NCBI GenBank assembly: GCA_018398765.1 | Contig: JAHBMJ010000085.1 | Location: 1-57,620 of the forward strand | Length of the DNA: 57,620 bases | Source: Chromera velia | Lineage: Eukaryota | Reading direction: 5' to 3' | Shown here: positions 32,127 to 43,073 of the stretch, piece after piece | Position numbering within the stretch: position 1 is the stretch's first letter | Layout of the letters: each line of letters starts with the position of its first letter | Program-made: the position numbers and the translations under genes | Notes under the pieces: generated by a model | Told to the model about the DNA's origin: nothing | The model's database searches: none | The model's input: the letters and a program-made list of their open reading frames with translations, nothing else

Positions 32127-33113
32127 AGTGTGACAAGGACAGATGCAGAAGCAACACACTTTCGCAAGTCCCCCTCGGCAGAATCGGACCTCGCGTCATG
32201 ACGGAAAGGCAACGCTGAGGGAGAATGAAGGCAAACGCACCGTCTCGCAGAAAACGGATGCGCAAAAAAAGAAAAGGGCCCTCAGATAGAGTCGTTAAAT
32301 TAATGCGCAAAAAGAATGACGGCGACTCTTCGGCTAAGTAATAAAGTCCATACAGGCAGAAAAACGGACGTACAACCACGTGGCCAGATGCAGAAGAAAA
32401 ACGGAGAGCAGAAGTAGAAAGCATACACGTCGATCGACGCACGGGAAAGAAGGGAGATGGTCAAGAGAGGACAAAAAAAGCTCTCACAGGCATCCAAAGA
32501 TGCAGATGGGGTTACAGCGACAGGCAAGAGCCGAACCGAGGTAACGGTCAAGCAGGGAATACGAAGAGCTGCCCACCTCCATGAGTCTCGTCACTCGCTC
32601 CGTCTCTTTCTCCATTTCCGTCTCCAGAGAAAGAAAGACGGGGTGAGCGTCAAGTCTTTGGACCGAGAGGGGACTCCCGACCCCTCCACCACTCTTTCGT
32701 CCAGTTTCCTTCATCCACGAATACTCAAACGGCGTGGGAGTGAGTGCCTGGGATAGCACTGTACCAGAAGAGAAAAAAGATGGGTCCTCATGGTCGGGCA
32801 CAACGTGGTCTCGAAAAGTCTCAAGATATCTGCAAGTTTGTCTGAGGCGCTGAAGATCCATTTCTTCCAGGTCTATGGCTGCCCTTCTGACCCTCTGAAA
32901 GAGCTGCAGAGCCTGGTTGCTCAGTGCTATGACCTGTCGAGCGCTGCTGGAGAGGTGTATGGAGCTTGCGTGGCATCCTGATAAAAGTCCTGGTTGTTTT
33001 GTATCAGGAAGGCTGGAGACGGCTCTCAGGTTCTCCTCAAACTTTTCTGCCGCCGCCTGAGACACTGAGTGCTGCACCTCGACACATGAGGGCACAAGTG
33101 CGCTACTGATCAT
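29475..33113 (-). CDS. Hypothetical coiled-coil, E/R-rich protein
   Basis: Phase-compatible GT-AG exons 33113-32577, 32066-31788, 31060-31018, 30004-29475. No family recognised. The start codon is uncertain and the N-gap at 30555-30747 could hide exons. Confidence 0.6.
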
Positions 33114-33671
33114 GACCAAGAGCCTTGAAACAAGCTTCACGTGCAGCAGGAAGTCTGACACTCTAATGCCAAAGCTTCTGCAAGACACCCTGATCCGGTA
33201 GGTTTTCTGAACTCCGCTCGACTTTTTCAAGTCGACAGAACTGCATGCATGGGCATCACACGAAATTTCAAAAACCGCTGACCGTCGGTGCTACGAGTGG
33301 TCTGCAAACGGTCTCCTGCCTCCGTTACAGGCTCCGTATAGCTAGGCTGGCGGCAGACAAACAACCTTGTGAATTGTGATGAATTGTGAGCTGCAGGAAC
33401 ATGATGGAACATTGATGGAACATGCCGTGGCCCCCGAGCCACGGTATCTGTAGCCCAAACCGAAAGGAAAAAAGTAAAGGTGAGCCCCGCGCCAATCCGC
33501 GCCATGCCCCGCCCCCTGCACCGAATTTCACACGTACACGCCACTTACTTCCCCACATTTCGGGTCGCAAACGCCTTACGGGACCGGACAGTTGCGCATG
33601 CATGATTGAATTCGACCGCGGATGACCGCGGGCATCATTAATTATCGCATCTTGTAACTCTTGTCTCAGAC

Positions 33672-34196
33672 TGTCAGGCAATGATGATGGACTGTAGTGA
33701 GCAGATGAGGGAAATCTTGATCTTAATGGTAGATGTGGGCGTGAGAGTGAGTGAATGGAAAGCGAAAGCTGGGTGAAAACACTACACTTCGAACGCCGTC
33801 TCCGTGCGTCTGAATCTGTCACTAAGCTGCCAGTTTCATATTGTTTACGGACCAAGCAGATCTGACCTTTGGTCAGGTCCCCACCTGTCCTGCTCCAGAG
33901 AAAGGTCAGTGGTCAACCTGGTCCTGTCTTTGTGTTCTTTCTGTTTATCTGCCTCGATCCATAAAGCAAAAGGAGACAGTCAGAGACAGCTAGTCAGCTA
34001 ACACACGTATGCGACTCTTTGCTGAGAGCTGCTGAACGCGGGCGCCTTCGGTTTTCCTCTAGCTCTCTTCACCCTCTTTGAGCGTGCCAGTATATACGAT
34101 TTCCCGTCTGTACTGACATTGGGCTGTGAATCTTTGTGTGATTGAGTAATAAATAAGTAGGCCTGTTCGGTCTCTGTCCATCTCTAGGGTCTGACA
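33672..34196 (+). mobile_element. Candidate solo LTR (~525 bp)
   Basis: Bounded by TGTCAG...CTGACA (TG..CA inverted termini), with TATATA near 34091 and AATAAA at 34148. No matching target-site duplication seen. Confidence 0.4.
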
Positions 34197-34199
34197 CTT

Positions 34200-35850
34200 T
34201 GTGAGGGTACCCTAGGTTCGAAATTAGGTTTTTCAATAAAAACTTAAATTCTTGATATTTTAAAAGAGATTTTTGGAGCTCAATTTGCTAGAAAAGCTTA
34301 AAAAACGCTTAAATAGGGTTGAGTAGCTTAAGTTAGGGTAGGTTAGGGTAGGTTTAGATGAGTTTAAAACCTATTTGCTACGTCAGGTTTAGAATTGGTT
34401 TGGAAACCATGGTCGCACCAGACTCAAACCTTCTAAACCTCTTTAAACCCGTCCAAACCTGGTCAAACTTCTGAAATCTGTATGTGAATAATCTGTTAAA
34501 AGCATATTTCATACGTTTTTGCCGGCAGGACCATGTCTGTGACACTCCGTGCATGAGCGTTTCAGGAAGGGGATACAGTCTCGCTCGCATCAGCATTCAC
34601 AGCAGCCGCTGCATTCTCCTTGTCCTGCCCCCCCCCCTTTTCTCCTCTCTTCTTTTTTGGTATGATCTTTGTTTACTTGATCGTCTCTCTATGGAAACCA
34701 CACACATGATTGAGAAATTTGGAAACCTACTGCACTAAACATTGATGGCGGCTTATGAATTGAAGATAAAGAATTTAAGTAAGTTGACCGGGCATTTGAA
34801 AAGGAAATTGCACCTCTGGATAAGTCTGTTGAAATGTGAAAGAATGAAGGCAGCTTTTGTGTTCTTAACTTTATCGTACATTCGTTGAATAATCGGTTTG
34901 TCTGATGTTTCCTGGTAAAATGCTAGGTCATGTTTGCTTTGCATCTTCTCTGTATTCATGCAAAAGCCATTTGAAACCAGGTTTAGACAGGTTTAGACAG
35001 GTTTGGTCAGGTTGGGGGCTAGGGGGGGGCACTCTTGGGCTCATATAGGGTTACAAGTGTAAAAATAACATAAAAAATAAACCAAAAAACATTTGGACGA
35101 GCTTTTCACACAAGCTGGAGGTCCGTCATATTGAGTTACTTCGAAATCAATCATTTTTACTATATAGCTTATATGGTTACATGAGGTTACACCTCTTATT
35201 ATATATGTCCCCTTGCAAGGTTACAGGTTACAAGGTTAGAGGCGGTCTTGAGGTCTGTAACCAACCAAAAAGTCAACTTTCAAAAACTTTTCAAATCACT
35301 TCAAAAACACTTTAAAATGCATGTAGACGAAGGTTACATCACTTTTGAAGAGGGTCATTTTAGATTACAGGTTACAAGGTTACAAGGGGTTTGGCTATAA
35401 AGTGAAAGGGATACATCGTTTTTCGTCAGTTTCTCATGTAACCTCAATCAACAGAAGATGTTTTCAATATTTTTAGACATAACCTGATGAGATTGATCGA
35501 TTGGGACCATTTTTGAAGTAAGGGTAACATTATAGAGGGGTATACCCTTATGTATAGGGGGTGTTAAAACCTGTAACCCAATATAAATGCCAGGCCCTAG
35601 GTTGGGGGATTAGGTTTGCAAACTGACGTCATGAGCGTTTGCGAACCTCAGAGGGCGAATTGACTTCTCTATATATAAAAGGTCATGAGATTTAATTTTA
35701 AAAGTTGTGTTATCGTAAAAATAAGGTCAGTTCATCCTAAAAAGCTTAAAAAACCACTTTTTATAGTCATAGCTAATCAGAGTGACACATACCCCTAGGG
35801 TTTGTAATTAAATTATATTTATTTTTTTTTTAGGTGTTATACCCTAGGTC
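34200..35850. mobile_element. AT-rich block of probable non-autonomous (MITE-like) elements with iterated AAACC/GGTTT and GGTTACA/TGTAACC motifs
   Basis: Sharp drop in GC; imperfect inverted arrays at 34425-34470 vs 34970-35014; 11 exact GGTTACA/TGTAACC copies in 35049-35578 with imperfect inverted ends. Confidence 0.45.
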
Positions 35851-36851
35851 CGTCTACATGTCTGTTTTAAAAGGTCCCCCCAAAATGCTGTACACGCTAC
35901 TCGTTTTGATGCATGGTGCCCCTGTAGATAAATTTTTCTGGTATTTGTGGTCCTGGATGCTAGTCTATGGCATGGCTTTGTCTTCATGTGCTCTGTCAGT
36001 CTTTCTCCATTCCATATTGTTCTGTATCCCTATTTTTGTATTGAAATTCGTCTCCTTTGAGTGACCGGGTGCACGTCGATTGAGTGCAGGAGTGCTGAGA
36101 GGAGAATTACAAGGGCGAAAGACTGACTAACTGACTGACTGACTGACTGACTGACTGACTGACTGACTGACTTGACCCACTGATCGACTGGCAGCGACAG
36201 ACTGTCATAGTTACTGATATGTCTTATTGTCTGCGAAAAATTCCCCTCCCCTGGAATAGATACATGGCCTGTGTACCTGCCTGCCTGCCCACCTGCTCGC
36301 CTGCCTGCCCATTTAAAATTAATTGTTTGCTTGTCCATATGTATGTATGTATGTAGGTCTATGCGTATGTGTATGAGGCTAGGAGGCAGAGAGAGAGAGA
36401 GAGAGAGAGAGAAAGAATGTGGGCAGCCTGTGCTTCAAGGCTCTAGCAGGACTGCATCCATGATGTATTTCATTGTGTCAGCCTTTCTGCCTTGTGTGTC
36501 AGACTCTTTGTGCGTACGTGAAAGCTTCCCCTGAAAGGCTCTATGACAGTCCCGCTCCACTCTACCGCAAGGCTTGTGTTACAAGCTGTGTATAGTTATC
36601 TCTTGGTATGTGTTCGCCTGCATATTTCTTTGTGCGACCACTAGGTGGTGCACTGAGGTCTGCCTGCTTGAAATCACACTCAAAACTCTTTGGGATATTT
36701 TGATAATTCTCTGGGTTGCTTGCCTGCTTTAGGATCACTACCTCTTTTTTCACTACACAATTTTGAATGTTCTATATGTTAGTTTATGAATGAAGTAAAA
36801 GGAACTTTGAAGGAAAGGGGACATTCCTTAGCACATCCCTATCTTATCTCC

Positions 36852-36896
<45 letters not shown>

Positions 36897-37040
36897 CATA
36901 CGTGTGTGATATAACATTGTACCTGTGTGTACTTGTCAGTCTGAATAATGTGCATGCTTATGTATGCATGCGATGTAGCGGTGAGAGTGTGAACTCACTT
37001 ACTCTCTTTCTCTTTGTGACCCCCCTGAACCTAACTACCA

Positions 37041-37202
37041 CTTGAAAGTCCAAACCGCATTTTTAGATAAGCTTGAAAGTCCGCGCCGCAGGCGCGGATC
37101 ATTTACGGTGTCTTGAAAGCCAAAGCCGCATATCTGGACGGTGTCTTGACCGTCTACGCCGCAGGCGTGGACGGTCTCTTGAAAAACAATGCCGCACATA
37201 GA
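37041..37202. repeat. Degenerate ~33-bp tandem repeat (CTTGA...CCGCA) with two GCA-loop hairpins
   Basis: Units start at about 37041, 37072, 37112, 37145 and 37178; stems at 37080-37098 and 37148-37176. Confidence 0.7.
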
Positions 37203-37273
37203 GATCATCTTGATTATATTTTTTTAAGTGGCACTTAGGATCAGGGAGGTTCTTTTTGTCTTTGTCTTTGTCT

Positions 37274-37312
<39 letters not shown>

Positions 37313-37346
37313 GCTTTCGCTCTCTCTGTCTCTCTCTCCCCCCTTC

Positions 37347-37387
<41 letters not shown>

Positions 37388-37711
37388 ATGTATGCAAGGG
37401 AGCAGACAGGTGGCAATTTTTGGTAAACGAAGTTTCAGGGAGAGATAGAGAGCGAGAGAGAGAAAGAGGCAGATAGATGTATAATTCTGGAAGAAAGAGA
37501 TCGAGGCCGACATGTACGTACACCCTCTTTTTTTTACACTATAGAGTTAAGAGACTATCTCAAACAGAGAGATAGAAAGAGGGATAAAAGATGAGGAGTA
37601 ACTGTTGTATGAGTGATGTAGACAATGTTAAACACTGTTGGTTAAGTCTTTCCTTGCCAAATGTCTCTGGCGTATACCATGTGTATCGAGCTTAATTGAG
37701 CTTCCACATTG

Positions 37712-40700
37712 TGTGGAGCCCTACCCTGTGGCGCCGCCCTCTGGACTCTTGCATGCGCTGTATCTGAATGAGCCCGCATATCGACGCCATGCTGCATGTA
37801 TACGCAATCGACTTGTATGCATGTACGTGTCATGCGCGTCGATCAAAGTTATCGAAGTCAAGTCTGCATATGACCTTCGTATTCAAGCAACACGTCACTT
37901 AAGCAACGGATAGCATCGTTTGAGTCTGATGTCTGTTCGTCATAGATCAAGAGAGCTCCTAAGAGTCTGAGAGAGAGGAATGAGTAGAAACTGTGCATGA
38001 TAGAATGTATCCAGCTGATTGGAATCCCACTGGGAGATCACGTTAGCGCCTAAACTGATATAGAGCCAAACCTCTTGTAAAGCGTTGCTTGAGTGAGTGT
38101 TGTTCACGTTCCTTCTCTAGATCTTCCTAAGGTTCTTGTCCTCGCTTTACCTTCTGTCTGAATGCCACAAGGCGGCTAGACAGGAGAGACAAAGAATTGT
38201 GGTGACTGTTCAGCTCGATGAGTGTCGACTCTCGTTTTCCTTCTGTGATGGATATCAGATCTTCCTTTTGCGGAACAGTTGGAAACCGATTGCAGCGATA
38301 TGGGCACGGTCAGGCAAAGACCGTGAGTAGGGGAATTTAGCATCCCCTTGCGTCCCAAACTGCCCGGGGCCCTCTTTTTGAGATCATCGTGGTGCACTGG
38401 GAACTCGGGGTGGCGTTCCTGATTGGAAAAGTGGATCGGAGACCAGGTCCTCTGCATGAAACCAATCATGGAGATGTTGCTTGGTGTTGCTTGGACTTTT
38501 GAGTGACTCCATCTCATGGAGATTGCCGTCTATGAGTGCATCGCAAATGAAACGGCCAGTAGATTGCTTCGTTTGCTTGCTGTTCTGTGAGTGTATGACT
38601 AGTTCTATATCTGATTGATCGAAACCGGCGTGTGCATGTCCAGCGTTGACTCTGCTGTTTGCTGCGTACGTGTCTGCACATGACTGACTGTCCATATTTG
38701 GTCTGACTCTGTCAGCTGGTGTGTACACTTATTCACGGTGGTTGGCACCTTTGTGCGATAATCCTTTGTATTGAAATGATACGAAAGGTATGGGCGCTTA
38801 GCAAGAGGCTGAGTGTGCCACGGCCCTACGACCACTCCATCCATTGTGTACACACGCATATGAAGTCGTCGGGACTTCCCTCCAAAAGAGCAGAGCTGAG
38901 AGAGTTCTTTCTGCTGCAAAGTGATACGCTGTCGGAAGCCGAGAAGACCTGCACTTTCTATCTTGATGTTGAGCTAGGAGGCATTGGATGTATTTGATGC
39001 CCCTGAGGGAACGGCAGGCCTAAAGTATGAAAAGTCAAGTGTATGACTGCTGGCGCATGACCGGGTTCCCCTGTGATAGGTTGGTAAACCCCGGTTGTAC
39101 CGTTCCTCTCGACTGACAGTGAGAAAGTGGAAGGATTTGAAGCCGGTGATGGCTGCTCATGGAGTAAACGATCGAAGAATCAGAGCAAAGCACTTCAAGA
39201 AGTGAGGTCATGACAGAGTGTTCGGGAGTCACTTGGTTTGGCATGGTAGCTTAGTGAGAACGAGGATGGACGGTACGCAAACAANNNNNNNNNNNNNNNN
39301 NNNNNNNNNNNNNNNNNNNNNNNNNNNNNNNNNNNNNNNNNNNNNNNNNNNNNNNNNNNNNNNNNNNNNNNNNNNNNNNNNNNNNNNNNNNNNNNNNNNN
39401 NNNNNNNNNNNNNNNNNNNNNNNNNNNNNNNNNNNNNNNNNNNNNNNNNNNNNNNNNNNNNNNNNNNNNNNNNNNNNNNNNNNNNNNNNNNNNNNNNNNN
39501 NNNNNNNNNNNNNNNNNNNNNNNNNNNNNNNNNNNNNNNNNNNNNNNNNCGCCTATCTCTAGGTGATCTTGGACTTGCGAGCACGCCTCACACATCGTGG
39601 CGCTTTGAGATCGTTCTGATTCACGTGGCGCCTTAAATATTTTGACACGGATGCCATTAAGATAGAGTTTTCGGAGCTTTGACAACATCTACGACGACTT
39701 GAATAAGATCCATTTTGGGTATTGAAGCGCATGCTCGGTCTTTTCATTTGTTGATCGCGAGGAGTCGAGGACACGATTTTCCTGTCTGTGGCCGGGGGGG
39801 ATCTGTGGAGTCCTACTCTGTGGCGCTGCCCTCTGGACCCTCGCATGCGCTGTATCTGAATGAGCCCGCGTACCGACGTCATGCTCCGTCATGCTCCGCC
39901 GCCGCGTACATGTATACGCAATCGACTTGTATGTATGTACGTGTCACGCGCGTCGATCAAAGTTGTCGAAGTCGAGTCTGCATATGACCTTCGCATTCAA
40001 GCAACACGTCACTTAAGCAACGAATAGTATCGTTTGAATCTGATGTCTGTTCGTCATAGATCAAGAGAGCTCCTAAGAGTCTGAGAGAGAGGAATGAGTA
40101 GAAACTGTGCATGATAGAATACATCTAGCTGATTGGAATCCCACTGGGAGATCGTATTAGCGCTTAAACTGATATAGAGCCAAACCTCTTGTAAAGTGTT
40201 GCTTGAGTGAGTGTTGCTTACGTTCCGTCTCTAGATCTTCCTAAGGTTCTTGTCTTTGCTTTACCTTCTGTCTGAATGCCACAAGGCGGCTAGACAGGAG
40301 GGATAAAGCATTGTGGTGACTGTTCAGCTCGATGAGTGTCGACTCTCGTTTTCTTTCTGTGATGGATATCAGATCTTCCTTTTGCGTAACAGTTGGAAAC
40401 CGATTGCAACGATACGGGCATGGTCAGGCAAAGACCGTGAGTAGGGGAATTCAGTATCCTCTTGTATCCCAAGCTGCCCGGGGCCCTCTTTTCGAGATCA
40501 TCGTGATGCACTGGGAACTCGGGGTGGCGTTCCTGATTGGAAAAGTGGATCGGAGACCAGGTCTTCTGCATGGAACCAATCATGAAGATGTTGCTTGGTA
40601 TTGCTTGGACTTTTGAGTGACTCCATCTCATAGAGATTGCCGTCTACGAGTGCATTGCAAATGAAACGGCCAGTAGATTGCTTCTTTTGCTTGCTGTTCT

Positions 40701-40944
40701 GTGAGTGTATGACTAGTTCTATATCTGATCGATCGGAATCGGCGTGTGCATGTCCGGCATTGACTCTGCTGTTTGCTGCGTGCGTGTCTGCACATGACTG
40801 ACTGTCCATATTTGGTCTGACTCTGTCAGCTGGTGTGTCAGCTGGAGTGTTGCTCACGTTCCTTCTCTAGATCTTCCTAAGGTTCTTGTTATCGCTTTAC
40901 CTTCTGTCTGGATGCCATAAGGCGGCTAGACAGGAGGGATAAAG
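37712..40944. repeat. ~1 kb direct duplication (37712-38724 vs 39804-40838) plus a third ~100-bp internal copy (40846-40944); probable decayed transposable element
   Basis: The copies align by eye with scattered, mostly transition, differences and carry paralogous broken ORFs (38176-38728 and 40290-40857, minus). An N-gap at about 39285-39549 lies between them. Confidence 0.85.
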
Positions 40945-41694
40945 TAATTGACTAGCCGCTGTAAACATTGCGCTAACCAGATATAATGCATGATTCAATC
41001 ATTTTTTTCTTTCTTTTAAATTTAAAGCACTGGGGAAAAAAAGAGAAATTAACTTTAAAAACTAAAAGACTGAAGGATTGACATGCATTCTAGAGAGTTT
41101 GGTAACCAATTTTTAGTGATTAGTGATTAGTGATTAGTGGTGCCCTAGAGCACTGTCGCCATCGCGCACGCGACATTAATTCACTACAACTATGAGAAAC
41201 TATTTTAAACCAGCTAGTTTTCTAGTTAATTTTAGTTAATTTTTAGTTGTAAGTTGTTTATCTGGGATTATCCGGGACCCCCGATATCCCCCCTTCACCG
41301 GGGCCACGGCATGCTCCCCAGGAGCATCAAGAGTGTCAGAGGATCTGACAAAAATTAATTGCACATGCACCCAGGCTGCCCGCTATGGCCCGCTAATCAA
41401 CCCACCGTGCGGCGCGGAGACGGCAAAACGTTGTGGCTAAATCAACTTGCATGGTTGATCGAAAATGCTGTCGAGTGATGTCGACTCATTGTCGAGATCA
41501 ATTTCGCCAAGTCACTGCAGACTCATGCAGTGCAGAGCATTGGCTGAGAACCTGTAAGATGGGCAGCAATATATCTGAAACACCAGGACAGCTCGACGTA
41601 AGAAATGCCACGCAGGGGATTGAGAAGCAGCCACTGAGGTGACGCACGGGCCGCGTGGACGGAAGAGGAGACGGCTTTCAGATCTTGAGTTATT

Positions 41695-43036
41695 ATGTGC
41701 AAGTTATTTTCTTCCTCTCTCTTCCTGGTCGTCGCTCTCTTCCTGCTCGAACAGGCCACCGGCTCCTTCTCTCTTAGACACCAGGATGGACAGCGTCACT
41801 GTCCTAAGAGCACGCAAGTGGCTTTCGTTTTCAATCCAACAAGCGCCCAACGCCGGCACGCAGCACCACGCCAAACTCGTCTCCAACTGTCGGAATCCTC
41901 CTCTGACGGCCGGAAGAACCCATCCCTCTATGAGCAATTAGAGACTGTCTCCGACTCCCTCTCGGTTGATACCGGCCAACCAGCTGCCCGTCCCCCTGTC
42001 GTCACAGCAACAGAAGAACGGGTGTTGCATGGCGCTCTCGTCTCCCCGTCTCCGTCTCCAACCGCCAGGTTCCTCGGGGGCGAGAGGAGACGAAAACCCG
42101 AAGTTCTGGCCCCAGCAGGAGGGTGGGAGCAGCTGCAGGCAGCGGTAGAAAATGGAGCGGACGCCGTGTACTTTGGGCTGAAAGACTTCAACGCACGTGC
42201 TCGGTAAATCGTTTTTTTTTTTCCTCTCACTACAGTTTGCGCTTCTTCCCCTTTTTTGATTCGGTTTATCATCCGTTATTGTTTTCTGTGTTTCAACACC
42301 GCTAACCCTCCGTTTTTGTCCTCTCGACTCTGTTCGTCTGCATTCATTCATTTCATTCATTTTGTTCTCTTTCGGTCTGGCTCGATCCGTGCTCTGGTCT
42401 TTCTCACACAATCGCTCCCTTCCCTTCCGGTCTTGCAGGGCGACAAATTTCTCGGAAGAGGAACTGCCAGAGGTCATGCGGTGGTTGCATGGAAGAGGGG
42501 TCAAGGGCCTGGTCACACTCAACGTCCTGTGCTTCACGGACGAAATGAAGGTCAGTCAGTCAGGCAGTCGACAGGATGCAAGCTTCAACTATTAGTTTCT
42601 TAATTGCTTGGTGGGTTGGTCCGTTCGTCCAGCAGTCAGTTAGCTTCGTTTGGAATGTGTTGGCTTCTCTCTTTTTGTGGCCCTTCTTCATCTTGTTTCT
42701 TTCGAGGTGTTCAGCAGAAACGTTTTGCCCCTTCAATGTGCTCTCTTTCGTTTGCCGTATCCTCTACTTTGTTTCTCGGCTGCTTGTTCACGAGACAGAC
42801 CAAGACCAAACCAAGAATGGGAAAGAAACGAATCAGGTGGGGTGCCAACGAATAAGCGAGTGAATGAGAGAATCAGTTGACTTACACACATGTGTGTTTC
42901 CCTTCTGACGCACGCAGGCTGTAGAGCAACGCCTTCGGGTTCTAGAGGCTGCAGGAACCGACGCGGTGATTGTGCAGGTGCGTACGGAGGCAGGCAGGGC
43001 CCTTGATTGAACTTCTCTCTTGGACTTTTCTTCAAT

Positions 43037-43073
<37 letters not shown>

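Noticed and set aside
34333..34357. Telomere
   Set aside because: Only 2-3 degenerate TTAGGG-like units, internal to the window.
36562..36753. 63-aa minus ORF (KKEVVILKQ...)
   Set aside because: No ATG start, no recognisable motif and no linked exons found.
37712..40944. Hammerhead ribozyme in the duplicated element, or the two copies being LTRs of one element
   Set aside because: I found no CUGANGA..GAAA core by eye, and no clear TG..CA ends, PBS/PPT or TSD.
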